Shown: piece by piece, positions 1 through 9,739 of the stretch
Numbering within the stretch: the first letter of the stretch is position 1
How the letters are laid out: every line of letters begins with the position of its first letter
IMG/VR virus record: IMGVR_UViG_3300025195_000001
From: a virus
Reading direction: 5' to 3' (one strand)
Length of the DNA stretch: 43,628 nucleotides
Position numbers and translations under genes: made by a program
The notes under the pieces: model-generated
What the model saw: the letters and a program-made list of their open reading frames with translations, nothing else
Database searches by the model: none
Told to the model about the DNA's origin: nothing

Positions 1-127
1 GTAATGCCTTGTTTTCAGTTTTGATCTGAAAGATATAAGCGATAGATCCGATCAATCCAAAAATCAAAACAAGTGCGAAAATTGATGTTTTGTCTATTTT
101 CATATCTAACTATTTTCTGTTATCCCA
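1..127. repeat. Terminal direct repeat copy 1, identical to 43502..43628. This contig-end overlap implies a circular or terminally redundant 43,501-bp unit.
   Basis: The two ends were compared base by base and are identical over 127 bp. The minus-strand ORF 43245..43604 lies partly inside the repeat. Confidence 0.95.
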
Positions 128-502
128 ACGCGCTCTGGTTCCACGAATATCATAATGAACAAATGTGTTATATATGCCGACACCGCCTTGCTTCATTTCT
201 CCTTTTGAAATTAGGTTGTAAATTATTAAAGCTATTTCTGCAGATGAATAACCTTCGATTCTAATGTCTGCAGCTTGCCCAAAAATATGTCTGCTATCTT
301 TCACGCCACCTACTTTTGCATTATGAGTTGGTGATCTATAACCACTATTAATATGAATTGGCTTACCAATATGATCACGTAAGACTTGAAGGTTATCAGC
401 AAGTTCTAAGATATTCTCAAATACATTCTTTGGCATCTTTGATCCGTCGTGAGAATCAAACTCTTTAATATTAAAGTTCTCTGTTATTTTCATATTCTTC
501 AT
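110..502 (-). CDS. Endolysin, peptidase M15 family (zinc D-Ala-D-Ala carboxypeptidase-like cell-wall peptidase)
   Basis: 130 aa carrying SGYRSPTHN, SRHIFGQAADI and VHYD, the H/D/H zinc-ligand pattern of M15 peptidases. It overlaps the upstream holin-like gene. Confidence 0.8.
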   Translation of the reverse strand: MKNMKITENFNIKEFDSHDGSKMPKNVFENILELADNLQVLRDHIGKPIHINSGYRSPTHNAKVGGVKDSRHIFGQAADIRIEGYSSAEIALIIYNLISKGEMKQGGVGIYNTFVHYDIRGTRARWDNRK

Positions 503-1127
503 ATTTTGAATTGATACTTTCCTTTATTGGCTTCTTCTTTGTCTCTTTTCCGAACCAAGAAGTTATTCGATTGATTATTCCATCTTCAATAGTTTCTGCC
601 AACCTATCGAAGAAGCTGTAATATTTTGGCTTGTAACCATAAATCCGCTTGTGATTTTCACCGATTGAATGATACTCGTATAAGATTACCATTAGCATCA
701 CTGCAGGTATGGCAATCAAAAATGTGGTATAAAAAAACCGACTTTCAAAAACCGTCATCATTAACGAAAAAACGGTGAGAATTAGCAGAATAACGGAAAC
801 GCCAAAAAACTTCCAGAAGCTTCGCCATAGTTTTGAAGACTGAACAAAATCTTTTCGGTTCCTCAATGATGCTTCGATTTTTGAAGCTCGAAGTCCGGTC
901 AAAAAATCACCGATAAAAACAATTCCGTACAACACGAAACTTATGAATGACAAGAATAATGGTAGGATCAAATCTCTTTGATCTACATTTCTAAATATGG
1001 TATTAAAAACTTCGGTCATTGCTATAGCTATAGGTGTTGATATGAAGATTAGCGCTCCACTTGCGTAAGAGAATGTTTTCTTGAAAAACATTAATGCTGC
1101 TAACGGTATTTGATTATTGATTGTCAT
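471..1127 (-). CDS. Putative holin (four-TM membrane protein)
   Basis: 218 aa with four hydrophobic helices and a charged C-terminal tail. It has a GDFLTGLRASK motif after TM2, as in TcdE/phage_holin_4-type holins, and overlaps the endolysin start by 32 nt. Confidence 0.6.
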   Translation of the reverse strand: MTINNQIPLAALMFFKKTFSYASGALIFISTPIAIAMTEVFNTIFRNVDQRDLILPLFLSFISFVLYGIVFIGDFLTGLRASKIEASLRNRKDFVQSSKLWRSFWKFFGVSVILLILTVFSLMMTVFESRFFYTTFLIAIPAVMLMVILYEYHSIGENHKRIYGYKPKYYSFFDRLAETIEDGIINRITSWFGKETKKKPIKESINSKYEEYENNREL

Positions 1128-1208
1128 TACTCTTCTATTTCAAAATTTAAAATTGGTGTAACATCATAACCGCGACCGGTAAAGTTTTCGAAAGATGCAC
1201 CAACTTCA

Positions 1209-1439
1209 TTATTCTATTTGATTTTGATTAATTAGTTCTTGCTCATACTCGTTTATTTTTGTTAAGTCATAGCCATCATAAGATAGAGTTCTCTTTACTT
1301 TTGCAATAGGTCTTCTAATAAATTCTTGCATTATGGATATTCCTTTAATACCATTTGTATTTGGCTCTTGAACGTGTAAAATTTCATTTTCATTAAAAAT
1401 TACATCTATTACTCTATTATCTATTTCTTCTTGTGTCAT
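1209..1439 (-). CDS. Hypothetical protein
   Basis: 76-aa ORF lying 11 nt downstream of the LRR gene. No recognisable motif. Confidence 0.45.
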   Translation of the reverse strand: MTQEEIDNRVIDVIFNENEILHVQEPNTNGIKGISIMQEFIRRPIAKVKRTLSYDGYDLTKINEYEQELINQNQIE

Positions 1440-1450
1440 ATTACTTATTT

Positions 1451-2719
1451 TTATGCGTGGGATATTACGTGTCCATATTGATTTTGAAGAACATATACTT
1501 TTTCACCCTCATTGGCAGGTGTTCCATTTGAAACGCCTTGTATATAACCTTGTGGTGCTTGTTTTGTACCTGTAAATGCAAGTGAACTATGCCCCCAGCT
1601 TATATCTCGAAATCTAAGTGGGTACTCGCCACCAAAAGCGTTTGGGTCTTCTGTTATATTGGCTTCGTTGGTACAAAGGGTGTATAAAGCGTTTATAAAC
1701 TCGTCAAAGCGTGCGTTGGTAGTACAAATTCTATTTGTATTTATAATTTCTTTTAAACTTACAAGATGTCTGAATTTACTCGGAATTTGACTAAAATCTA
1801 AATTTGGGATAAGGAGCATTATATATTCTAAATTATTAAAACCTTGAAAATTTGGTAAATTAACATCATTAAAGGGTTGGTCATCTCCAATATAAAACCT
1901 ATTTAATTTAGTAAGGTTATCTATTTCTTCTGGAAACTCTCTTATAGGGTTGTTATGAACTCGAAAATCTTTTAAATTAATTAATTCTCCAATCTCGTTA
2001 AGTAAAATACTAATATTTGAACTATCTAAATATAAGCTTGTTAATGTATCCTTTAATTGGTTAATCTTAAAAAGATTGGAGCTAATCTTGTCGGACAAAT
2101 TAAAAGTATTTCCTATGTGAAGTGTTCTTAGTGGCTTGTTGAAAAAAGCATCAGGTATTTTATTTAATTTAGTTTGTGATATTGATGCTATTTGAAGAAC
2201 TTCAAGAGTTTTAATGTCAATAATAGATTCTGGAAACTCCTCTACATATCTAGAACTTGAAATACCAAATTCTTTTAATCCTCTTGCATAACCAATTTCA
2301 GAAGGTATTAATCCATACAATAGACAATGTATAGTATTAAAAACTATTATTTTACTCAAATCATCAAAAGTAAAAGTTATATTTCTTCTACCTGTATTAC
2401 CGTCTTGAAATATATGATTACCTGCAAAAGTACCATAATCTGGTGTACGGCTAGTTTCTAAATTATCATATTTCCATAAAACCCCATACGTTCCATATAT
2501 TGTAGGTGTTAGTGTGAAAGTTTCACTTGTACCATCACCGTAATTAACAATTACACTTTGCTCTACTTCGCTTTCAAAACGAAATATTCCCCACTCTGTT
2601 TCTCCTATAGAATTTTCAGGAAATTTATCTCCTTCATATTGAAAAGTCAAAGTGTCAACCACCTGCTTAAAATAGGTAGTACCCGACTTTATAAGGGTAT
2701 CTCCGCTTTTGTAATACAT
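1451..2719 (-). CDS. Leucine-rich-repeat (LRR) protein, candidate receptor-binding or tail-fibre accessory protein
   Basis: The C-terminal half of this 422-aa protein has tandem LxxLxLxxNxL-like units (LEVLQIASISQTKLNKIPDAFF, LRTLHIGNTFNL, LTSLYLDSSNISILLNEIGELINLKDFRVHNNPIREFPEEIDNLTKLNRFYI). Its ATG at 2717..2719 overlaps the tail-fibre gene end by 53 nt. Confidence 0.7.
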   Translation of the reverse strand: MYYKSGDTLIKSGTTYFKQVVDTLTFQYEGDKFPENSIGETEWGIFRFESEVEQSVIVNYGDGTSETFTLTPTIYGTYGVLWKYDNLETSRTPDYGTFAGNHIFQDGNTGRRNITFTFDDLSKIIVFNTIHCLLYGLIPSEIGYARGLKEFGISSSRYVEEFPESIIDIKTLEVLQIASISQTKLNKIPDAFFNKPLRTLHIGNTFNLSDKISSNLFKINQLKDTLTSLYLDSSNISILLNEIGELINLKDFRVHNNPIREFPEEIDNLTKLNRFYIGDDQPFNDVNLPNFQGFNNLEYIMLLIPNLDFSQIPSKFRHLVSLKEIINTNRICTTNARFDEFINALYTLCTNEANITEDPNAFGGEYPLRFRDISWGHSSLAFTGTKQAPQGYIQGVSNGTPANEGEKVYVLQNQYGHVISHA

Positions 2720-4565
2720 TTGCCTGAATTTCTAAATAAAAATTATATACTAACCCTTTTTTCAACATCGTGCTTACTTCTCCATTCACATTTACATTGA
2801 ACACTTGAGAGGTTCTATTGCTAATTGCCCCCACCACTCGGCAAGGCTGAGTAACTCTATATCCTGTGGGCATAACAAATGCAATAGCATCTCCGCTAGT
2901 TTCATCAACGGCTGAAACAAATGAGCCTGTAACAATTAATCTGTTATTTAGCTTTTTTACTTTAACGTCGCCGGCAGAAGTATTTGTGGGATCGAGAGTG
3001 CAATTAACATAACCACTATCGTATTCATCTACAAAGCCTTTAAGCCATTTACCTGTGCTTCCGTTCTCTAATTTTTGAGAAGCTTGTAATGTTTGTGGGC
3101 AAAAAACAAACTCACCTTTAATTGCATCTGGATAATCTGTATTTAACTCTGTATCTGAAGTATAAAGCGTTGTTTTTACAGCATTAGTATTAAATAAGTC
3201 TCGCGCTTCTCCTCGATATAAACCGCCTAATTGATCTACTTCTACAATAGTAGAATCGCTTCCCACAAGTTCTGGCTCGTAACCGCTGCCTTTTGAACCG
3301 ATAAATACCCATCGGTTATAAGTAGATGAATATTGCAACTCAATTACACTACCTTTGCCAAAAGGAAAAGAATCTGTAGGCATTAATATTTGACTGGTCG
3401 GCGAAACGGATGAACTTTCAGAAATAATTCTAACCGTTTCTGAATTAACAACCCTTATTTGTATTCTTTTCTCATAAGTCGGGGGTGTTAATCCTGTAAG
3501 TACTGCTTGTGAATTTGAATGATCGAAAATATAAATATCACGGTTAGAATCAAGATCGGGATAGTTACCACCGCTAGAAATTACCGTTTCTATTTTAGCT
3601 TTGTTTTCTTTTTCTGCAAGCTCTTCATTGATCTGCGTAATCGAAAGATCAAAATCTTCATTGATCTCATCTTGATTATTCCCGTCTGAATTTTCAAGAT
3701 TTGAAGGTCCTGCCGGTAGATCGTCTGCTGTGGCAATGATGTTTCCGTTCTCGTCCGGTTCGATGTCGTTCCAAGATTGCACGGTGCCTTCACCGCCACC
3801 GCCCGAAAACCAAACCGTAAATGGTTGCTTCGAGTTGAAATTAAAACTGTTAACAGGGATTTGACCTACTTCAAAAATATTGAAACCGTCAATAGTATCT
3901 TCGGGTGTAGAAAGTAAGTAACGTTCTTCGCCAGCTCGTAAGAATTTTACCTCAGAATTATCAAAACTTCTATGAAAGGTTTCTTTAACTCCGAAATAAA
4001 ACATTTCATCATCCTGGTCGTAAATTAATGCAAAATCATCTTGTAAATGCGCTATTTGAATTGATGAATAATTTTCAAAAGACACACTTTGGTGACGATC
4101 ATAATAGGAGTCGTTTGAGAGATTAATGCAGGCGTAATTATTATTCAACCACAAATAAAGAAGTCGAGTATCTTTTGCGAAATACAAAGTATCTACAACT
4201 CCAGGATTTGGGAATTGAGTTTTTGAGTTATAGCTTACAAATGCTTCGGTCCCGAAAATGAGCGTCCAGGCATTATTCTCCCATCGGTAAATTTGTTGGG
4301 GAATGTTTGAGCTATTTACGATAATTGCAAAAGCATTGTCCGGAGCAGTTGGGTAAGTGGCTTGTAAAAGTGATAAGCTACCATAATAGCCCACAAAATT
4401 TGCGTGATATAATTCGTTTTGAAGTTCATCAAGCCGGTCGGCGTGATCGTCAAAAATCTGTCCGATCTCTCCAAAATCTTCTGCAGTCGCTTCCGTCTGT
4501 CTATTTACTGACGGATTTACATTTGTTTTTTGCGCTAATTCTTGACTGGCTCTTGATGCACTCAT
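2667..4565 (-). CDS. Tail fibre protein
   Basis: 632 aa, rich in Ser/Thr/Asn/Gly. It sits in the late operon just upstream of the LRR gene and the lysis genes. The call rests on size, composition and position only. Confidence 0.55.
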   Translation of the reverse strand: MSASRASQELAQKTNVNPSVNRQTEATAEDFGEIGQIFDDHADRLDELQNELYHANFVGYYGSLSLLQATYPTAPDNAFAIIVNSSNIPQQIYRWENNAWTLIFGTEAFVSYNSKTQFPNPGVVDTLYFAKDTRLLYLWLNNNYACINLSNDSYYDRHQSVSFENYSSIQIAHLQDDFALIYDQDDEMFYFGVKETFHRSFDNSEVKFLRAGEERYLLSTPEDTIDGFNIFEVGQIPVNSFNFNSKQPFTVWFSGGGGEGTVQSWNDIEPDENGNIIATADDLPAGPSNLENSDGNNQDEINEDFDLSITQINEELAEKENKAKIETVISSGGNYPDLDSNRDIYIFDHSNSQAVLTGLTPPTYEKRIQIRVVNSETVRIISESSSVSPTSQILMPTDSFPFGKGSVIELQYSSTYNRWVFIGSKGSGYEPELVGSDSTIVEVDQLGGLYRGEARDLFNTNAVKTTLYTSDTELNTDYPDAIKGEFVFCPQTLQASQKLENGSTGKWLKGFVDEYDSGYVNCTLDPTNTSAGDVKVKKLNNRLIVTGSFVSAVDETSGDAIAFVMPTGYRVTQPCRVVGAISNRTSQVFNVNVNGEVSTMLKKGLVYNFYLEIQANVLQKRRYPYKVGYYLF

Positions 4566-4604
4566 TCTTATTAATTTTTATCGAATTTCAGTTTTGGGGT
4601 TACG

Positions 4605-4640
4605 TTAAAAAAGGACATCTCGACTACGCTCGATGCAGGC
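4605..4640 (-). promoter_or_regulatory. 36-bp conserved intergenic element, copy 1, containing the core TGTCCTTTTTTAA (minus-strand reading)
   Basis: The plus strand reads ttaaaaaaggacatctcgactacgctcgatgcaggc, near-identical to 11214..11249. It ends 40 nt upstream of the tail-fibre ATG at 4565. Confidence 0.5.
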
Positions 4641-4660
4641 TGATTTTAATTCGGTTTTAT

Positions 4661-5602
4661 TTAGAAGCTTACTGTACTTTTAGTATTGTAAACCGGGTTA
4701 ATTTTCTCTGTTTCTTCTTTTAAAGCGTATTGCACGAAAACCTCTGGGTTGTCTTTAAGGTAATTCACTAACTTTCTCAAATACTCATTACCGTCTTGCT
4801 GTTTTTTAAGACTGAAGTTTTCTCGCTCCTTTTGAGTTAATCCTTGCTTGCTTTCGCCCTGAACTTCATCGGAAACAATAAATAGTCCGCTGCGATCGAT
4901 GAGAAATAAACCTTCTTCAGCAACTTCTGCCAAGCAAAGCATTACTTGAGCCGATTGGCAAATTTCTAGGGCTTTGTTTTCTTCCGGAGTCGAGCCATTT
5001 TTAATTTGAAAAATGGTTTCGCTACCTAATAAGGCATTGAAATATTTATCTTCAACCTTCAATAAATGAGGTCGTAATTGCTGAAAGGTGAGACGGCTGT
5101 TATTGATGTTGTACCAACGTTGAAAGTTTTTAGTTTGCTGCGTAAATAGTTCTTTAAACTTAGTGTAGCTTTGAGTGTTTACCCATTCTTGAAAGTCGGT
5201 TTCTGAGGCTTCCATAATTTCAAGCGCTTCATCAATTGCATCAGTTCCAGATTTGAAAAGCTCTCGCTGCAAGTCTCGCACTTGCCACCATTCTGCAGGT
5301 TTAGAATTTTGGCTTTGTGAGATCATTAGTCCATTGTCACCAATGGTGATAATTGCCGTTTTACTGTAAGCTAACAAGGCGAGTTTTGTTGAAGCTTCTT
5401 CTAAAAGTTCGATAACATCTGCACGTAAACCTTCCGGAGTTTCTTCTGTAATTAAAGCTGAAAGTAATTCTCGGCTAACCGCAGGTTTTAAGTGCTTGCG
5501 TTCAGCCTGTTTGATGTAGGGTTCAAAAACATTCCAAGATGCGTTATAGCTTACCGTTGCGTGTTTTTGTACCGTTTGTATAGATTTTACGAGTGTTGCC
5601 AT
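4661..5602 (-). CDS. Hypothetical structural protein (possible head-tail connector or adaptor)
   Basis: 313 aa. Its start overlaps the stop of the upstream 448-aa gene (TAATG). No motif recognised. Confidence 0.5.
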   Translation of the reverse strand: MATLVKSIQTVQKHATVSYNASWNVFEPYIKQAERKHLKPAVSRELLSALITEETPEGLRADVIELLEEASTKLALLAYSKTAIITIGDNGLMISQSQNSKPAEWWQVRDLQRELFKSGTDAIDEALEIMEASETDFQEWVNTQSYTKFKELFTQQTKNFQRWYNINNSRLTFQQLRPHLLKVEDKYFNALLGSETIFQIKNGSTPEENKALEICQSAQVMLCLAEVAEEGLFLIDRSGLFIVSDEVQGESKQGLTQKERENFSLKKQQDGNEYLRKLVNYLKDNPEVFVQYALKEETEKINPVYNTKSTVSF

Positions 5603-6948
5603 TACATTTCTGTTTGAGTTCCTGTTGGGTTTTTATCTAGCGTAGTAAGATTATCGACAGCAAAATCACCTTCGAGCGTTGGATCCCATCCATTATAATC
5701 TCGAATAAGCCTCCAAATATCTAAAGTGATCTCTCGTTTAGATTTGAATAATGAGTTAAGAATGCTAAAGGCTTCACGTTTGTTTGAGCCTCCTTCACCC
5801 CCAAGTTTACTGCCGGGTATTCCCGTACCCATTAAATTTGGGTCGGTCCCGATGGCGTTCATGATTTCTTGGTTTCCGGTACCGGCATCGAGTAGGCCTT
5901 TGCCATCGCCATCGTTTTTGGTTTCAAGCGGTACCACTTCAATACCTTTTACCCATTTACCTTCACGGTCTTTAAAAACGGTGGTTTGTATCGATTTTCC
6001 TGCATTTTTATTTCCTGATAAATGATCATCAATCGAATCTGTTAAGTTCTGACGAATTTCTTTTTTCTTATCGAGTTTATATTTATCCCAGTCAGATCCG
6101 TAAGTGCGTAAAAAGTATTCTTCGCTGATGTACACCATATATTTGATGTTCAGCTGATTTTTAGAGAATGCTTTTTTGTATTCGGGAATGTTATTGACCA
6201 CTTCCATCCATCCATTTCGATAAGGCGAATGGTGATCGGGTTCGGGATAATAAACTTCATCCATCAACGGGTAAAAGATAGGCATCACGAATTTGTGGAT
6301 CTTCTTCGATTTGCAGTAGTCTTTAATTTCTTCCGCAGAAAAATAAGAGTCCATCACCGGGACTTTTCGAACATAGGTTTTATCGTCCGGATCGGTAGAC
6401 GTTTTCCAATTGTGACAGAAGTAAGCGTTTTCTATTAATCCTGATTTGGGATTGATTAATTCGAATCGCCATTTTGCAGTTGGTTGCCTTCTGACTGTGT
6501 AAATTTTATTAAAATCGTTTGACAATACGAATTCTGGATAACCAAGGTTAAAGGTTTCTAAATCGTGAATCGATTCAATCCACATTCTTTGCATTTTCGA
6601 ACGTTTAAAGAATTCGGCTATTTCAGGAATTGAAGATACCGGGACAATCTGTTTTTGCTCTTTGCCATCGTCTGAAGTATCTAAACGATGTAGTTTGAAT
6701 CCCTGGCCGTAATGCGTAGCTTTTAAAAAACGATAAGAAGCACCGGCAGCACCATTTTTTCGAACGGTGGCTAGAAAATTTTGAGGGTAGCGGTTATCGT
6801 CGCCCCACTTAGCAATTTTACCGCCTGAGTTCTCGCTTTTTTCTTCGGGTTTAATATAGGTATGGTCCTTCTTGCTATCTATTTGAAATGCAGCAGTGGT
6901 ACCCATTCCGTAACTTAGATGCTCGTTGATGTGCTTAACGTGTGTCAT
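5602..6948 (-). CDS. Probable portal protein
   Basis: At 448 aa it is the only ORF of portal size near the terminase and head genes, and it is divergent from the terminase cassette. No explicit motif was recognised, so this is a positional and size inference. Confidence 0.5.
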   Translation of the reverse strand: MTHVKHINEHLSYGMGTTAAFQIDSKKDHTYIKPEEKSENSGGKIAKWGDDNRYPQNFLATVRKNGAAGASYRFLKATHYGQGFKLHRLDTSDDGKEQKQIVPVSSIPEIAEFFKRSKMQRMWIESIHDLETFNLGYPEFVLSNDFNKIYTVRRQPTAKWRFELINPKSGLIENAYFCHNWKTSTDPDDKTYVRKVPVMDSYFSAEEIKDYCKSKKIHKFVMPIFYPLMDEVYYPEPDHHSPYRNGWMEVVNNIPEYKKAFSKNQLNIKYMVYISEEYFLRTYGSDWDKYKLDKKKEIRQNLTDSIDDHLSGNKNAGKSIQTTVFKDREGKWVKGIEVVPLETKNDGDGKGLLDAGTGNQEIMNAIGTDPNLMGTGIPGSKLGGEGGSNKREAFSILNSLFKSKREITLDIWRLIRDYNGWDPTLEGDFAVDNLTTLDKNPTGTQTEM

Positions 6949-7301
6949 TATGGTATTACGTGTTTGCCGTTGAACTCGATGATGTATTTGATGTTGATCT
7001 TTTTAATCTGGCCGTTTTCCAGTTTTATATTCCTGGTCTTATTGCTGAAGTGGTTAGGGTTCTTCTTGACGATTTCTCGCTTTTCTGAAGGCTTGAAATT
7101 TTGAAGTGCGTAAATACTGTCGGGATCGTTCCCTTTTTCATTCATCACCAATTTTGCATTCTCGTAGCGATAAAATTTACCACCTTCTTTACTGTATTTA
7201 TTGAAACTTCTAACGGCAATATCAAATTTAATGGCACGGCCTTCTTTGTTTGGCGTGCGCATTTCTTCTAATACATCTTTGAGGTAGACGGTTTCTTTCA
7301 T
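6948..7301 (-). CDS. Hypothetical protein
   Basis: The track ORF 6948..7322 begins at a TTG. The first ATG (MKETVYLK) is at 7301, 30 nt downstream of the TGTCCTTTTTT motif. Its stop overlaps the portal ATG. Confidence 0.5.
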   Translation of the reverse strand: MKETVYLKDVLEEMRTPNKEGRAIKFDIAVRSFNKYSKEGGKFYRYENAKLVMNEKGNDPDSIYALQNFKPSEKREIVKKNPNHFSNKTRNIKLENGQIKKINIKYIIEFNGKHVIP

Positions 7302-7330
7302 ATTACGAATATGCCACGGCAATAGTCATC

Positions 7331-7362
7331 AAAAAAGGACAGCAAAGCGTCTGTCCTTTTTT
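7331..7362. promoter_or_regulatory. Perfect hairpin aaaaaaggacag-N8-ctgtcctttttt between divergent operons. It contains the TGTCCTTTTTT core.
   Basis: A 6-bp GC core stem (ggacag/ctgtcc) is flanked by A6 and T6 tracts that could extend the pairing to 12 bp. It lies between the minus-strand start at 7301 and the plus-strand start at 7406. Confidence 0.5.
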
Positions 7363-7405
7363 AGCGCTCTTTAGCTATGCACTTTTACAGTAAAACCTGT
7401 GAAAA

Positions 7406-8014
7406 TTGGCGAATAACAACGAATTAAAACTCACATCGAGCGACACGCATTTTGAAAACATTCTCGCGTATTATATGGATGATAAAACGCCAGAAGAAGT
7501 TCGTCTGGCTCGTTTATCTGAAACCGATAAAAAATTAAAGAAGCGTTGGGAAGCTGCATTCACTATGCTCTTGGAATTTAGAAGCCCTGAAGATGCAGCA
7601 AAAAAACTTCAGGAGTTATTCAAAATAAGTAAAGCTACCGCTTATAGAGATGTGCAACGCTGTGAAATGTTGTTTGGCTCTTTTAAACGGTTTGATCGGG
7701 AAGCGTGGCGATATATTTCTATTGAACGTAAACACAAACTCTATCAAAATGCATTAAAGAAGGGAGACCTCGAACTGGCATATAAAGTCGATAAAGAAAT
7801 TGACAAATTACTAGGTCTTCACGAGGAAGAATCGCCTATCGACTTAGATAAAATAGCTGCTCAAGATTACAATATCATTATGAGCAATAAACAAGAACGC
7901 TTGATAAAACAAATTTTAGCAAGTGGAGGCGCTGTCAATATGAATGTTGATAATACTGTAGAGATTGATTTTGAAGAATTGAAAAATACCTCTGAAGATG
8001 GCGAAGAAGATTAG
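7406..8014 (+). CDS. Putative terminase small subunit
   Basis: 202 aa, immediately upstream of the large terminase and overlapping it by 17 nt. It has a helical, basic N-terminal half and an acidic C-terminus. The track start is a TTG and the first in-frame ATG is at 7475. Confidence 0.5.
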   Translation: MANNNELKLTSSDTHFENILAYYMDDKTPEEVRLARLSETDKKLKKRWEAAFTMLLEFRSPEDAAKKLQELFKISKATAYRDVQRCEMLFGSFKRFDREAWRYISIERKHKLYQNALKKGDLELAYKVDKEIDKLLGLHEEESPIDLDKIAAQDYNIIMSNKQERLIKQILASGGAVNMNVDNTVEIDFEELKNTSEDGEED

Positions 8015-9548
8015 AGGTAAACGCGGGAAGATCACTTTGAACTTTGCTCAAATGGTTGCCATTATGGCCAAAGCAAAAGTCAAATTTTTAGAGTGGGGAC
8101 GTGGTACCGGAAAAAGTACCATTCTCGCTTACTTTATGTTGATGATGGTAAAACATTTACCTCGTGCCACTTTTATTTTGGTTGGGAACACTTATGCTCA
8201 AGTGCTCTCGAATACCTTAAAATCTACCAAGGCAGCGCTTGAATTTTTCGGCATCTATGAAGATATAGATTATGTGGTTGGCTCAAGCCAAGGTAAACGA
8301 ATGGGGTTTAAAATGCCTTACGAAAAACCAAACCATTGGAAAAATATTATTCATTTTTCTAATGGGACCGTTTTTCAATTGGTGGGATTAGACAATCCTA
8401 ATAGTTCCAATGGTGGGCGTGGTATTAACTCTTCAGGGATTCTCGCAGATGAAGCTGCACTTCTTGATAATGAAAAACTTTCAATAAACGTAAAGAATAC
8501 CAACCGAGCATCTAAAAGTGGTATTTATGGTGATAGCCCTTGGTTATTATCTGAAACTTATGTGAGTTCAACTCCACTAACTAAAAAAGGGAAGTGGTTT
8601 ATTGATGGAGAAGAGTTGGCCAGAAAACAACCTGATAAGTATTTCTTTCACTCTGCAACGGCTCACTGGAATCTTGATAATGTACGTAGTGACTATTTCG
8701 AGTATATGCGCGACTCATATTCAAGTGAGTTGATTTACAACGCTGAGATGTTGAATAAACGTCCTAAAGAAATCGCAGACGGTTTCTACCCGCAGCTTAC
8801 GGAAGATCACTACTACACGAATAAAGACAACGATTATTTAGAGAGTATTCCTTTATGTGATATTAATGGCGATCCGCTTACCAATGATGATAAGCATTTT
8901 AATTCAAAACAGGATGCTGATGTAATTAAGTCTGAGCCTTTGATTATCTCTGTAGATTGGGGTGCAAACATTAACGCAATGACCGTGCACCAACTACAAG
9001 ATAATACTTGGTATGTATTGAAGGAATTCTTTGTGAAGTCTCCCAAGATCTTAGATCATTTATTTATTGAAGAGTTCCTGCCTTACTATTCAAGCCATCA
9101 AAATAGAACGGTTTATTTCTATTATGATCGCACTGGTAACAACCGTACAGCCAATAGTAAAATGACTTTTGCAGACCAAGCGAAAGAAATCATGGAAAAT
9201 CACGGATGGACCGTACACAATATGACTACTGGTTTGAACCCGAGTTACATCGATAAGTTTAGACTGCTGAATATTATGTTTAAAGATGATGGGCGCAAGC
9301 AGTTGCCCAAGATTAGAATCAATAAAACAAACTGCCCTAACCTAATCGTATCGATGGAACACGCTGAAGCATACGATCGTGGTCGTGGTCTTGAGAAAGA
9401 CAAACGATCTGAGCAACGCAAGGGAGTGGAGCAGGAACACGCTACCCACTTGAGTGATACCTTTGACTATCCCATCTTTGAAATGTTCTGGGATAAGTAC
9501 GTTGGTAATCACGTTAAATCTGAAGACCTCCCAATCTCGACATTCTAA
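7998..9548 (+). CDS. terL: Terminase large subunit
   Basis: 516 aa with Walker A-like WGRGTGKST near the N-terminus, ILADEAA (Walker B-like) and a C-terminal nuclease-sized domain. Confidence 0.85.
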   Translation: MAKKIRGKRGKITLNFAQMVAIMAKAKVKFLEWGRGTGKSTILAYFMLMMVKHLPRATFILVGNTYAQVLSNTLKSTKAALEFFGIYEDIDYVVGSSQGKRMGFKMPYEKPNHWKNIIHFSNGTVFQLVGLDNPNSSNGGRGINSSGILADEAALLDNEKLSINVKNTNRASKSGIYGDSPWLLSETYVSSTPLTKKGKWFIDGEELARKQPDKYFFHSATAHWNLDNVRSDYFEYMRDSYSSELIYNAEMLNKRPKEIADGFYPQLTEDHYYTNKDNDYLESIPLCDINGDPLTNDDKHFNSKQDADVIKSEPLIISVDWGANINAMTVHQLQDNTWYVLKEFFVKSPKILDHLFIEEFLPYYSSHQNRTVYFYYDRTGNNRTANSKMTFADQAKEIMENHGWTVHNMTTGLNPSYIDKFRLLNIMFKDDGRKQLPKIRINKTNCPNLIVSMEHAEAYDRGRGLEKDKRSEQRKGVEQEHATHLSDTFDYPIFEMFWDKYVGNHVKSEDLPISTF

Positions 9549-9739
9549 ACCCCGTTTCATATTTCCCTTAATTTTTAAACGGCAAAAGTCATACGAGTAT
9601 AGGTCACGGCGTGTTCAATGGGCGAATAAATGAAACTCTAAAAAAGTATCTTTAGGGTTAAAAAACTGAAAATCAATATTTTGATTTTTAAAATATGAGA
9701 ATGGTAAAATGAAAGCTAAATATAAATCTCACCACACTT

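Noticed and set aside
1-127. Physical direct terminal repeat (DTR) of the virion DNA
   Set aside because: This is possible but not supportable from the sequence alone. An exact 127-bp overlap falling inside and between lysis genes is more simply explained as an assembler overlap on a circular contig. It is kept as an open check, not a claim.
3590-3799. Nested minus-strand 69-aa ORF, and other short alternative-frame ORFs such as 27150..27371, 27724..27918, 28707..28889, 33692..33910 and 34319..34528
   Set aside because: They lie entirely inside longer, better-supported ORFs on the same strand in another frame. There is no independent start context or motif.
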